Positions 46,525-56,792 of a stretch of 57,915 bases of DNA are shown one piece after another (the stretch's first letter is position 1; the number at the start of each line of letters is the position of its first letter). Under the pieces are notes generated by a model that saw only the letters and a list, made by a program, of their open reading frames with translations, searched no databases and was not told where the DNA came from. The DNA comes from a virus. Its lineage: Duplodnaviria > Caudoviricetes. The DNA lies in IMG/VR virus record IMGVR_UViG_3300023296_000219, positions 1 to 57,915 of that record; one strand, 5' to 3'. The position numbers and the translations under genes were made by a program.

Positions 46525-46755
46525 ATGAAATTATTTGAAATGTTTGACGTTGCAATTCCCGGAATCCAAGATGTTGGAGATGACAACTCCAAGCCTATAT
46601 GGAGAACTTCTCGTAAAACTAAATTAACACTAAGTCAAATTAGAAAACTCCGCAAAATGCTAGATGTAAGAAATTACGAAAAGACTAAGCATTTGTCTAA
46701 AGTAAGAAAACAATACGGTGCAAAACCTGAAGAAGGGGCGGCACCCAGTTTTTAA
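46525..46755 (+). CDS. small basic head-module protein
   Basis: 76 aa between portal and protease; TAAATA-N5-ATG start; MKLFE N-terminus. Confidence 0.75.
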   Translation: MKLFEMFDVAIPGIQDVGDDNSKPIWRTSRKTKLTLSQIRKLRKMLDVRNYEKTKHLSKVRKQYGAKPEEGAAPSF

Positions 46756-46844
46756 TTATTCAATTAAATCCTCTCTATCTAATCGATAATACATCAAAAA
46801 CGCAAAAAAGTAGTACTTAAACAGTGCTTTTCCGTACCACTCAC

Positions 46845-46850
46845 TAAATA
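46845..46850 (+). promoter_or_regulatory. late promoter (CTAAATA)
   Basis: Upstream of the AAGGAG SD of the 264-aa gene. Confidence 0.6.
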
Positions 46851-46890
46851 ACTTTACTAAGCCATTCTTATATCTAAGGAGAACAAAATA

Positions 46891-47685
46891 ATGGAAAACA
46901 AGAAATTTGAAAAATTAATTGACCTCATTATCAATGAGGACGAAGAACAAGCAAAAGACCTCTTTCACGACATCGTGGTAGAAAAATCCAGAGAAATTTA
47001 TGAATCCATTATGGAAGACGAACAAGCTGATGACCTTGAAGAAGGAATGGGCGGACAAGTCGGTGATCTAGCAGACGAAATTTCTGCTGAACACTCAGGA
47101 ATTGCAGAAGATGAAGAAGAAATCAATCTTGATTCTGAAGAAGTCTTTGATATAGAAGGCGACGAAGAAATGGATATGAGTGCTGAATTAGACATCGACT
47201 CAGGCGAACCTGTCGAAGTAGAAGATGCAGTAATTCGTATCGAAGATAAACTAGACCAACTAATGGCTGAGTTTGAAGAAATTATGGGCACAGAAGATGA
47301 CTTAGAAGGACGCGACGACGAAATAGACGCTGACTTACAAGACATTGAAGGTGCTGAAGGCGAAGTTAACATTGATATCGACGATGAAGAACTAGTTGCA
47401 GAAGCAATTACTCTAAACAAAGTAGCTACACCATCAGGTGGAGACAACGGAGACCAATCGAAAAGTCCAGTAGACGCTAATTCAGGTCAAAAGGGAATAG
47501 ATTCTAAGCCCGTAAACTTTGATAAAGGTGATGAGAAAGGTCGCCCAGCTCCAAAAGCAAAAGACGTTGATGGTGCATCTTCTTGGCAGAATCAGCCAGG
47601 CAAGAATGCAAAAGCACAAAGCGCCGCTCCTAAGCCAGTGACTGCACAGGCAAGTGGAACGAACACTAAATCTGTAATAGATTAA
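46891..47685 (+). CDS. highly acidic prohead core/scaffold-type protein
   Basis: Asp/Glu-rich; position equals T4 gp67/gp68; multiple (I/L/V)xE candidate protease sites. Confidence 0.7.
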   Translation: MENKKFEKLIDLIINEDEEQAKDLFHDIVVEKSREIYESIMEDEQADDLEEGMGGQVGDLADEISAEHSGIAEDEEEINLDSEEVFDIEGDEEMDMSAELDIDSGEPVEVEDAVIRIEDKLDQLMAEFEEIMGTEDDLEGRDDEIDADLQDIEGAEGEVNIDIDDEELVAEAITLNKVATPSGGDNGDQSKSPVDANSGQKGIDSKPVNFDKGDEKGRPAPKAKDVDGASSWQNQPGKNAKAQSAAPKPVTAQASGTNTKSVID

Positions 47686-47697
47686 GGAACGATATAA

Positions 47698-48336
47698 ATG
47701 GCTTTATATCTTAAAGAACACCTTTCATTTGACCGTGCTGAAATCATGGTTGAATCCGTTAAGGAAGGAGAGACTGATTTAAAGACTCTTTTTATGAAAG
47801 GGATCTTTATTCAGGGAGGGGTTAAAAATGCAAATGAACGTGTTTACCCCGTTTCTGAAATAGAAGCCGCAGTCGAGACGCTGAATATCCAAATACAAGA
47901 AGGTAATTCTGTACTAGGAGAAGTTGATCATCCAGATGATTTAAAAATCAACTTAGATCGTGTGTCACATATGATTACTAAGATGTGGATGGACGGGCCA
48001 AACGGCTACGGCAAATTAAAGATTTTACCAACTCCAATGGGTCATTTAGTTCAGACTATGTTAGAGTCGGGGGTAAAACTCGGAGTATCTAGTAGAGGAA
48101 GCGGAAACGTTAACGATATAGATGGCCGAGTAAGTGATTTTGAAATAATCACTGTGGACATTGTTGCACAACCTAGTGCCCCGAATGCATATCCTAAAGC
48201 AATATACGAGGGTCTTATGAACATGAGACACGGATATAAAGTTTTAGAACTCGCCAAGGAAGCTAGAGGCAACAAGAAAGTAGAAAAGTATTTGAAGGAC
48301 GAGATTGTTCGTCTGATCAAAGACTTAAAAATCTAA
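47698..48336 (+). CDS. prohead core protease, T4 gp21-like
   Basis: GIFIQ...N.N.RVYP, GE.DHP, VSH, GVSSRG.G, D.VA.PSAP.A motifs. Confidence 0.95.
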   Translation: MALYLKEHLSFDRAEIMVESVKEGETDLKTLFMKGIFIQGGVKNANERVYPVSEIEAAVETLNIQIQEGNSVLGEVDHPDDLKINLDRVSHMITKMWMDGPNGYGKLKILPTPMGHLVQTMLESGVKLGVSSRGSGNVNDIDGRVSDFEIITVDIVAQPSAPNAYPKAIYEGLMNMRHGYKVLELAKEARGNKKVEKYLKDEIVRLIKDLKI

Positions 48337-48358
48337 ATAATATAGAGGGGAAAACAGC

Positions 48359-49462
48359 ATGTTAGATGCTATACAACCATTAATTGATTCGGGTCTGATC
48401 ACAGAAGATGTAGCTGGTGAGTTAAACACCACCTGGGTACAGAAGCTGGATGAAGCAAAGGATCAAGTTCGTGGGGAACTCAGAAACGAGTTTGCTAATA
48501 GATACGAACATGATAGAAGCGTGATGGTTGAAGCCCTTGATAAGATGGTAACTAATTCTCTATCAGAGGAAATTAAAGAATTCCATGATGAGAAGAAAGC
48601 AATCAGCGAAGATCGCGTTAAAGCAAAATTGAAACTTTCAGAAAGTGCAAAGAAATTTAATAACTTTATGGTAACTAAGTTAGCAGAAGAAATTAAAGAA
48701 CTACGCTCTGATCGTAAGATTCAGTTAGAAAACCAAGATAAACTTCAAAAATTTATCATACATGCATTGTCTAAAGAGATCAAAGAATTTGCTCAGGATA
48801 GACAAGCAGTGGTTGAACAACGTGTCAAGTTAGTTGCAGAAGGTCGTAACCAACTCGAAAGACTTAAGGCGAAATTTATTGTCGAAAGTTCTCGAAGAAT
48901 TGGAACTTCTGTTGCCTCACATCTCAAAGGTGAATTGTCACAACTTAAAGAAGATATTAAAACAGCTAGGGAGAATACCTTCGGCCGCAAGATATTTGAA
49001 ACATTCGCAGGTGAATTCAGCACTACTTATCTAAATGATAAGGCTGAAACACGTAACATCGTTTCTGTATTAAGTGGTAAAGAAAAAGAACTAGCAGAGT
49101 CAAAGGTCAAACTTGCGAATGCAAATAGGATCATTGAGTCAAAGGAACGTGAAGCAAACATTATTAAAGAATCTACTCAGCGTGAGAAGGCATTGGACCA
49201 ACTGGTCTCGTCTTTGAACAAAGAGAAGGCTGAAGTAATGCGATCTTTATTAGAAAGTGTTCAGACGCTAAAGCTGAAGAACACATTTGATAAGTATTTA
49301 CCAGCAGTATTGAACGAAGGAAGTGGAAAAGCGAAAAAGGCTTCTCTTACTGAATCTGTTTCAACTGTTCAAACCGGTAATAAATCTGCCAAGGAAAAAG
49401 AAATTGAAGTAGATGACAATAGAGATAATGTCATTGACCTAAAACGCCTGGCAGGGCTTTAA
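48359..49462 (+). CDS. prohead core scaffolding protein, gp22-like
   Basis: Coiled-coil 367-aa protein between the protease and the major capsid protein. Confidence 0.85.
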   Translation: MLDAIQPLIDSGLITEDVAGELNTTWVQKLDEAKDQVRGELRNEFANRYEHDRSVMVEALDKMVTNSLSEEIKEFHDEKKAISEDRVKAKLKLSESAKKFNNFMVTKLAEEIKELRSDRKIQLENQDKLQKFIIHALSKEIKEFAQDRQAVVEQRVKLVAEGRNQLERLKAKFIVESSRRIGTSVASHLKGELSQLKEDIKTARENTFGRKIFETFAGEFSTTYLNDKAETRNIVSVLSGKEKELAESKVKLANANRIIESKEREANIIKESTQREKALDQLVSSLNKEKAEVMRSLLESVQTLKLKNTFDKYLPAVLNEGSGKAKKASLTESVSTVQTGNKSAKEKEIEVDDNRDNVIDLKRLAGL

Positions 49463-49495
49463 TTTAAACTCGACATTGATTAGGAGAAATAAACC

Positions 49496-50695
49496 ATGTC
49501 AAAAGTACTCTTAGAAAGCCGTTGGGGTGAGACCAAAGACGCCCTGTTAGAAGGCTTAAAAGGAACTCGCCGTTCAACAATGGGTGTGATCCTCGAAAAC
49601 ACTCGCAAAGGTCTCTTAAATGAGAATGCTACCGCAGGTAGTACCGGAGCAGGAAATATAGCAACACTTAATCGTGTAATCTTACCAGTAATCAGACGGG
49701 TTATGCCGACTGTTATTGCTAACGAACTAGTCGGCGTTCAGCCAATGACTGGTCCTGTTGGACAGATTCACACCTTGCGTGTTCGTTACGCTCAGTCATT
49801 GACTGACAACTCAGCAGCCGCTACTTCGGTAACAGCTGGTGAAGAAGCACTATCACCGTTCAAAATTGCCCAGGCGTATTCGCGTACTGCTCAGGCGGCT
49901 GGAACTTCAGCATCTTACACAGGTGCAGATACAGCAATTTTAGAAGGTAACGGCGGTAAGCAAATCAGTGTGCAAATCTTAAGACAAGCTGTTGAAGCGA
50001 AGTCACGTAAGTTGCAAGCACGTTGGACATTCGAAGCCGCTCAGGACGCACAGTCTCAGCACGGCATCGACGTTGAAGCAGAAATTATGGCTGCTTTAGC
50101 ACAAGAAATCACTGCTGAAATCGATCAGGAGATTTTGTTATCTCTTAGAACGTTAGCGGCAACTGAATTCACTTTTAACCAGGCAGCTGTATCAGGTACT
50201 GCTACTTACGTTGGTGACGAACATGCCGCTTTGGCCGTTCTTATTAACAGAGTTGCAAACTTGATTGCTCAAAGAACACGTAGAGGCGCAGGTAACTGGG
50301 CTGTTGTGAGTTCTGCGGCCTTAACTGTGTTACAATCTGCTACTACATCAGCATTTGCTCGTACAACTGAAGGAACTTTTGAAGCTCCTACTAACACTAA
50401 GTTTGTTGGTACGTTGAACGGCGCTATGCGTGTTTTCGTTGACTCTTATGCACCTGATACTCAAGCAGTATTGGTTGGATACAAAGGTTCATCTGAGACA
50501 GATGCGGCGGCTTTCTATTGCCCATATATTCCATTAATGAGCAGTGGAGTTGTACTCGATCCACAAACATTCGAACCAGTCGTGTCGTTCATGACTCGTT
50601 ACGGATACGTGGAACTAACTAACACTGCATCATCTTTCGGTAATGCGGCTGACTATTTAGGCGAGATCGCAGTTCAAAACTTAACATTCTCGTAA
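49496..50695 (+). CDS. major capsid protein, T4 gp23-like
   Basis: GVQPMTGP.G.I..LR, AKSRKL.A.WT.E.AQD....HG.D.E.E, YKG....DA..FYCPY.PL, F.TRYG motifs. Confidence 0.97.
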   Translation: MSKVLLESRWGETKDALLEGLKGTRRSTMGVILENTRKGLLNENATAGSTGAGNIATLNRVILPVIRRVMPTVIANELVGVQPMTGPVGQIHTLRVRYAQSLTDNSAAATSVTAGEEALSPFKIAQAYSRTAQAAGTSASYTGADTAILEGNGGKQISVQILRQAVEAKSRKLQARWTFEAAQDAQSQHGIDVEAEIMAALAQEITAEIDQEILLSLRTLAATEFTFNQAAVSGTATYVGDEHAALAVLINRVANLIAQRTRRGAGNWAVVSSAALTVLQSATTSAFARTTEGTFEAPTNTKFVGTLNGAMRVFVDSYAPDTQAVLVGYKGSSETDAAAFYCPYIPLMSSGVVLDPQTFEPVVSFMTRYGYVELTNTASSFGNAADYLGEIAVQNLTFS

Positions 50696-50733
50696 GTCGA
50701 TTATCTGATAATCAACTTATAAGTTACAAGTTT

Positions 50734-50766
50734 AAGGAAGAGTCTTTTAGGCTCTTCCTTTTTTTG
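50734..50766 (+). terminator. rho-independent terminator after the capsid gene
   Basis: AAGGAAGAGTCT-TTT-AGGCTCTTCCTT followed by a T run. Confidence 0.9.
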
Positions 50767-50783
50767 TGGTTGTCCAAAATAAC

Positions 50784-50812
50784 TTGACATATTATTCTTT
50801 TGTGTGTATAAT
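50784..50812 (+). promoter_or_regulatory. perfect sigma70 promoter TTGACA-N17-TATAAT
   Basis: Exact consensus with a 17-bp spacer; AGGAG SD and ATG at 50847. Confidence 0.88.
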
Positions 50813-50846
50813 CACGTAAATACTACACATTTAGGAGAGAATTGTT

Positions 50847-51818
50847 ATGGCAAAAAGAAAATTTAGAATTGAAGGTGGTCACCGCGGAGGTGAATTAACT
50901 ATTGGCACAGTCACTAAAGAGTTTGTAGAATTCTTTCTTAATAATGACCAGACGGAAAACGATCTTATAACACATTTGCAAAGTTACGAGTTTGAAGACC
51001 CATCTATGCGGATTGAAGGCGCTCCTCATCCGACTGCTAATAAAGATTACCAACCAGCCTGGAATGATATTGATGACATCGAGCATCTTAATAACGCATG
51101 GATAGATGGTGGATTTACGGTAACTGAAGTAAAATACTCTAGTGATGATGACTCATTCGAAGAGAGTATTGGCGAAACCGTTGTGTTCGAACCTCATCAA
51201 TTGTATAGCAGAGAAGCATATCACCGCAGTGAGATGTATGAGGTAACCGACCATTTATCACAAGCAGACATTGATGAGCATGTAAAACCAGTATTAGTAT
51301 ACCACAGCGATGAGAAAGGTGGCTTTGCCGCATATTATGTTGAAACAGACGGCGAAGACTTTGACCCTGTTAAATTTTGTTATAGTGCAACTGAAACAAA
51401 TATCGGTGATATGTTAGAATGTGGATATTACGATAGAGTGCAAATCGAACCAGATTATAGTTGTAACGAGACCGATAACAAAGGCTTTTATGTCTCTGTT
51501 GGTTATCTCAATCTGAAATGGCATGACTTTCGTGAACTATATGTTGAAGGTGGACCTAGGATGGTGGAGAGCTGGGACAATTATGACGAGATGCTAGAAT
51601 ATGAAGAAGACCAGAGAAAGATAGAGAATGCGACTACCGTTCAACTCAATATATCCGCAAATGAAATCGTAGGAGAAGTTGGTACGATTGATAATCCAGG
51701 TGAGGTTGATTCTAATATAGAACCAATCAGTGAACCTCCTGTCGTTAACGATGAAGAAGCAGAACCGTACAAGGATTTCAATCAAAGCACAGGTGAGGAC
51801 GGAGAAGAAATAGTATAA
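50847..51818 (+). CDS. acidic hypothetical protein
   Basis: 323-aa ORF with promoter and SD; no family recognised. Confidence 0.8.
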   Translation: MAKRKFRIEGGHRGGELTIGTVTKEFVEFFLNNDQTENDLITHLQSYEFEDPSMRIEGAPHPTANKDYQPAWNDIDDIEHLNNAWIDGGFTVTEVKYSSDDDSFEESIGETVVFEPHQLYSREAYHRSEMYEVTDHLSQADIDEHVKPVLVYHSDEKGGFAAYYVETDGEDFDPVKFCYSATETNIGDMLECGYYDRVQIEPDYSCNETDNKGFYVSVGYLNLKWHDFRELYVEGGPRMVESWDNYDEMLEYEEDQRKIENATTVQLNISANEIVGEVGTIDNPGEVDSNIEPISEPPVVNDEEAEPYKDFNQSTGEDGEEIV

Positions 51819-51822
51819 CATT

Positions 51823-52536
51823 ATGCGTGTGCGAGTCAAACCCGAAGAATGCAATTTAGAAACAACTAACCTAACTATTATCTGGTTTCACAATTATTCA
51901 GGTGGCAAATTTATGGCTAACTGTTTAGGTCTATCTGACCATGGCTTTTTCGGTCACAAAGAATTGACAGAAGCACAACTCAGGGGCGAGTTTTCTCCAG
52001 ACGATAAACTAAATTATCTTTTAGAGCAATTATCTGACATAAAGAAAGGCGTCTTCTGGAATGATCTTGATATTACAGATAACAAATTTTTTGGGGTGGA
52101 TAAGAAAGAATACACTGATCCATGGCGCGGTATTTCATATAATTCATTTGTCAAAGACATATCATATGGAGATCATAAATTTTTTATAGCAACACATTTT
52201 AATCCAGAAGTTATCGAGATTAAAAAGATTTGGAAGAATGCAAATATTATATTGTTTATCAATCCACATGAATATGTAAAAAAACGAGCAAAGAATGACC
52301 CACAAATCAGAATCTTCTATGATCGATTAGCTGATCATGATGCAAATTTAGAAGAAATGAGATCACTTTCTAATGTTGTCTATGAATTCGATGTAAGAAA
52401 ATACGAATCAGAAGAAGAAACACTCGACGCTATTAAAGAAATGTATACTATACTAGGTATCGAAGGGTATGATAGAGAAAGACTTTCGACATATTATAAT
52501 CATTGGTATAATAAAATCGAAGAAATTAAATTCTAA
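51823..52536 (+). CDS. hypothetical protein, possibly sulfotransferase/P-loop-like
   Basis: Hydrophobic strand followed by YSGGKF..N.L and later F....H and IILF, reminiscent of a PAPS-binding loop fold. The function call is weak. Confidence 0.5.
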   Translation: MRVRVKPEECNLETTNLTIIWFHNYSGGKFMANCLGLSDHGFFGHKELTEAQLRGEFSPDDKLNYLLEQLSDIKKGVFWNDLDITDNKFFGVDKKEYTDPWRGISYNSFVKDISYGDHKFFIATHFNPEVIEIKKIWKNANIILFINPHEYVKKRAKNDPQIRIFYDRLADHDANLEEMRSLSNVVYEFDVRKYESEEETLDAIKEMYTILGIEGYDRERLSTYYNHWYNKIEEIKF

Positions 52537-52888
52537 TCTCCGAGTCAACCGATATATCTAATAGCTTTAGCGCCTCTCTTAATCTCTTCCTTCTTACTCT
52601 ATTACAGTTGGAACATATTGATAGTATGTTTCCGAGTTGTTTATTGGATGGATTTCCGTCTTTGAAAATAACATCTAATTGAATTAGGTCTTCTGGTATA
52701 AAACCACACTCGAAGCACATGTGAGTCTTGTGTTGCAAGTGTACAAATTTCTTGTTATACATAGCCTTAGCACATGCTACGCAATATTTGTGCCATTTCT
52801 GAAACCCACGTTTACTTATTCCGTTTGATTTAGCATATGAAAGAGTGCATTTACTGCATTTGGGCCGTATTGGCTGTTTTGTAAGCAT
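52526..52888 (-). CDS. Cys-rich zinc-binding protein with degenerate HNH-like domain
   Basis: Four CxxC pairs; LDVIFKDGN..N....N....C.NC. Start reassigned to the ATG at 52888 (TAAATA-N5-ATG). Confidence 0.7.
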   Translation of the reverse strand: MLTKQPIRPKCSKCTLSYAKSNGISKRGFQKWHKYCVACAKAMYNKKFVHLQHKTHMCFECGFIPEDLIQLDVIFKDGNPSNKQLGNILSICSNCNRVRRKRLREALKLLDISVDSEIRI

Positions 52889-52986
52889 ACTATTATTTAT
52901 TAAAAAGTTCTGCCGGGTTCTTTTTTTGGTCAAACTTTTTTTAGATAATAGCATAAATACAAGATAAAACTAATGGAAATTCTTAC

Positions 52987-54516
52987 ATGGCCGCTGATAA
53001 ATTTAACTCGTTAACAGGATACTCAACCGGACTACCACCAGTTGATCTAACAAACGCATCTGGAGACGTAGTTACTAATGTTAACTACCCTGCAGGAAAC
53101 GTCACATCTAACAGTGTATACGCAAACAACTTTTTCTATGCGAATGGAGTACCATTCAGCAGTGATCCTGGTGGAGCAAACACACAAATACAATACAACG
53201 ACGGTGGTGATTTTGAAGGAGACTCTGCTCTCACATTCAATGATATTACAAAAACACTAACTGCGACTAACTTAGTTATTTCGAACAACACAGATTTAGG
53301 TCCAGTCACTGGTATCACTATAACAGGTGGAACAAATGGCTATGTTTTGCAAACAGACGGTGCAGGTGACTTGTCTTGGACAGCCCAATCAGGTGGTGGT
53401 GGCGGATCTGGTAATCCAGGTGGTGCAAACACTCAAGTACAGTTCAATAACGCAGGTGATTTTGGCGGAGATGCAGGCTTCACTTACGACAACACGACTG
53501 ATTTACTATCTGCTATTCATATTGCTGGAGAAGGCGGTAATATCTCTAATGTTACCTATGCTAACATTGTAGGCATCGGTAACATATCTGCTATTAATTT
53601 AAACGGTAGCACAACACAAATATTATACGGCAATGGAGTTTTTGCTCCCATTACAGCCGAATTAACAGCAAATTATGCTAACTTTGCAGGTAATGTAGTC
53701 ACTGCCGCACAACCTAACATTACATCAGTGGGTACGTTGACAACACTGCAAATAGGGGCTGGTGGACTGTCAGTAACAGGCAACATTGGCGCAAGCAATA
53801 TTGCAGTAACCGAAACTTCTACATTTACTGGACCAGTAATAATTAGTACTCTTGGCAATCTTACAATGTCAGGTAATGCAAACTTACAAAACTCTCCTAA
53901 CGTTCAATTGCCAATTGCTAATTTACACATTGACGGTGGATTAAACGGATATGTATTAGCAACAAACGGCTCGGGTAATCTTTCGTGGACTATACAAGGT
54001 GGCGGAGGTGGAGGTGGTACTCCTGGTGGAGCTAACACACAAATGCAGTTTAATGATGCTGGTTTGTTTGGTGGCACTGCAAACTTTGTTTATAATTCTG
54101 TAACGAATCAAGCAACAATGGCAGGAACATTCTCTGCTAACACGTTCGTAGTTGGCTCTGGTGCGTATGCATTTAGAACAACAAAAATAAAATCAGGCAC
54201 TACGGCAACGATAAGTGCGGTAGAAATAGGCGCGACTGAGGCATCAAGTGTTTCTGGGGTGGATTATACTATTATTGCGACAGACACTGGAACATCTAGT
54301 AGACAGACCTCTAAAATAACTTCTGCGATATTCGGAACGACGGTTCACTACACAGAATATGCTTCCATATCAGTAGGAAGTCTACTGGCTGACTTTGCGA
54401 TTACATATGTACCTGGAGATTCCTTTAGAAATGCACAAATTGTTGTGTATGCCACACCAGCTACAACAAACATTATTAATTACAAAATAGTGGTAGAAGA
54501 ATACGCAAGTTTTTAA
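52987..54516 (+). CDS. fibre-like virion protein with repeated PGGANTQxQ(F/Y)N modules
   Basis: Three PGGANTQ.Q.N..G.F.G units and two GG.NGYVL.T.G.G.LSW units; CATAAATA upstream. Confidence 0.75.
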   Translation: MAADKFNSLTGYSTGLPPVDLTNASGDVVTNVNYPAGNVTSNSVYANNFFYANGVPFSSDPGGANTQIQYNDGGDFEGDSALTFNDITKTLTATNLVISNNTDLGPVTGITITGGTNGYVLQTDGAGDLSWTAQSGGGGGSGNPGGANTQVQFNNAGDFGGDAGFTYDNTTDLLSAIHIAGEGGNISNVTYANIVGIGNISAINLNGSTTQILYGNGVFAPITAELTANYANFAGNVVTAAQPNITSVGTLTTLQIGAGGLSVTGNIGASNIAVTETSTFTGPVIISTLGNLTMSGNANLQNSPNVQLPIANLHIDGGLNGYVLATNGSGNLSWTIQGGGGGGGTPGGANTQMQFNDAGLFGGTANFVYNSVTNQATMAGTFSANTFVVGSGAYAFRTTKIKSGTTATISAVEIGATEASSVSGVDYTIIATDTGTSSRQTSKITSAIFGTTVHYTEYASISVGSLLADFAITYVPGDSFRNAQIVVYATPATTNIINYKIVVEEYASF

Positions 54517-54618
54517 ACCTCTTCACATAACAATAAAAAATTGCAAGATTGGGTACTTTTAGGTCCATTTTTTTTGCCTATGTCATAAATACAGATATAG
54601 TTTATTCGGAGACCTAAC

Positions 54619-56790
54619 ATGGCAATCAAAGCATTTAATTCAGTAGCAGGCTTCTCGGTCGGAGAAACGCCCGCAAATATTATACTTAGTAATGGATACA
54701 TTACTACAAATGGCGCGACATTTATAGCAAATATCGCGGCACTGGGTGTCCTAACAGACAACCTCTATTACGCAAACGGTGTTATTTGGGATTTATCAGA
54801 TCCAGGTGGTGCAAATACAAACATACAGTTTAATGATGCTGAGTCATTTGGCGGTGTTTCTACATTCACCATTAACAAAACTAATAGCAATGTAGATTTA
54901 ACTGGTAATCTGACTGCGACCGCATTCTTTGGAGACGGTGCTAACTTAACAGGCATCGATGCAACAGGCATACAAAACGGAACATCTAATGTTCGTATAG
55001 CAACATCAGGTGGCAACATTGAACTAAACTCTGGTGGTGTAGCTGTTGGTAATATTACATCTACTGGCGCAAATATTGTAGGAACACTTAATGTATCAGG
55101 AATCATTACAGTTCCTAGTTCTTCTGGGGCAATTGCGGTTTCCCTAGGTACTCCGACTCAGGGTTCCTTGACTTCAAATGCATTGACATTAACTACGTCA
55201 TCTTCGGTCTCTAATTCGATTGCGCAATTGAACCAAGTATTAGGAAAACTTGTTCCATCAAGTCCACCTGACTTCCCAGCTTCACAAACTTTATCAGTGC
55301 AAAGTCTGTCTACATATCGCATGACAGACTTCACTCAAACTGACAATACAGATACCGGTGGTAAATCTGTTGCAGGTGGATCATCAGTAAGCAAAGTACG
55401 AAGAACATCAACTTATACAACAAATGCAATTTCTAACTCGGGGCCTGGCGACTCAGGGCTTATCACGTTGTTATTGAACGGTGTATCAGCAGGATCAAGA
55501 ACACTAACAGGATCACTCGACGGTGATGGCACATATAGTAACTTAATTATTACAAACAACGTAGACTATAACGAAGTAGATTCAAATGTAGCGGTAGGTT
55601 TCTGGTCAGTCTTTACAGCAGATTCTGCTGGTTCAGGCATATCAGCTGGTTGGAACGAAGTACAAATCACAGACTCAGTAACAAGTGACACAAATACTCC
55701 TGATTGGTACTATGATTCAAGTAGTCCAGGAACGCCACAGTTTAGTTCTGTAGTATTCACCGCAGATGCATCACCAAGTTACACATATAGTTCAACTGTG
55801 CCTCACTACAACAACACTAACGTATTCCCAATATCTTTTGCTGTCAACAGACTGTCTGGTGACATGTACCCAACAAGTGATACATTCATTCAGGGTTCAA
55901 GTGGCGGTGCGTTTGGAAGCCCGACTAGCGTAACATATGCAACGGCAGGAGTTACAACTCCGTTAGCGCGGAACTTACTAGTAGCATCAGGAACTCAAGC
56001 AGTATCAACAACTGCTTCAGTTATTTCGGGATTCGGCTCAAGCGGTGCAGGACCATCAGTGCAGTGCTACAACTCTTATGCTTCAGGCTCACAGGCATTC
56101 ACGCCTAGCGACACTATTCTTTATAAAACAGGAACTGCTTCCTCTTCATCACGAATTGAAGAAGCAAACGTCTATATCGGATCGACTGTTGGTTCAGGAT
56201 CAGGATTAGCTTACCGAATTGTTAACCCTGGATCAGCCGATACTCCTTCTTACTCTGCTAGTGCATCAGCATTTGATAGTGAATCAGGAACATTACAAGT
56301 TTATGATTCTACGGTTGTCGCAGACGTATTAGCACACAATCAAGTAGACTACTCAGCTGGGTTCTTACCAGTAGGACCTGATCTATCAGCAGGAAGATCA
56401 GGAACACAGTACTTTACTTTTAAAGTAATCAGAACATCAGTTTCTAAATTTGATGTTAAATTTTCAGGAACATTGGCAGGTCTTTGGGTAGCAGTACCTG
56501 GATCATCAATTGACTCAGCATCTAATCTAAATGGCTGGGTAGATATGTCAATAGCATATGGAGGCTCAGGAATTCCAGGAGCAAATACGGGTGCAGGGGG
56601 CAACGGTTCAGACGGTTGTGCTTTAGGTGGTACAGTTACTACAGATAGTTCTGTCAGTAACGAATCAACAACTGCAACTTTCGGTACAGTATCTTCATCT
56701 AGTACAGCTACTAATGAAATATACATACGTGTCGCATTAACATCAGGCCAATCGATTTCTGCCTTATCACTAGAATCAGCGAGTAATTAA
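54619..56790 (+). CDS. Ser/Thr/Gly-rich virion structural protein
   Basis: N-terminus paralogous to the 509-aa protein (FNS..G.S.G; YANGV...DPGGANT.IQ.ND); CATAAATA and GGAG upstream. Confidence 0.75.
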   Translation: MAIKAFNSVAGFSVGETPANIILSNGYITTNGATFIANIAALGVLTDNLYYANGVIWDLSDPGGANTNIQFNDAESFGGVSTFTINKTNSNVDLTGNLTATAFFGDGANLTGIDATGIQNGTSNVRIATSGGNIELNSGGVAVGNITSTGANIVGTLNVSGIITVPSSSGAIAVSLGTPTQGSLTSNALTLTTSSSVSNSIAQLNQVLGKLVPSSPPDFPASQTLSVQSLSTYRMTDFTQTDNTDTGGKSVAGGSSVSKVRRTSTYTTNAISNSGPGDSGLITLLLNGVSAGSRTLTGSLDGDGTYSNLIITNNVDYNEVDSNVAVGFWSVFTADSAGSGISAGWNEVQITDSVTSDTNTPDWYYDSSSPGTPQFSSVVFTADASPSYTYSSTVPHYNNTNVFPISFAVNRLSGDMYPTSDTFIQGSSGGAFGSPTSVTYATAGVTTPLARNLLVASGTQAVSTTASVISGFGSSGAGPSVQCYNSYASGSQAFTPSDTILYKTGTASSSSRIEEANVYIGSTVGSGSGLAYRIVNPGSADTPSYSASASAFDSESGTLQVYDSTVVADVLAHNQVDYSAGFLPVGPDLSAGRSGTQYFTFKVIRTSVSKFDVKFSGTLAGLWVAVPGSSIDSASNLNGWVDMSIAYGGSGIPGANTGAGGNGSDGCALGGTVTTDSSVSNESTTATFGTVSSSSTATNEIYIRVALTSGQSISALSLESASN
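54955..54993 (+). repeat. 39-bp exact repeat, second copy at 57498-57536
   Basis: atcgatgcaacaggcatacaaaacggaacatctaatgtt occurs in both genes. Confidence 0.9.
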
Positions 56791-56792
56791 AA

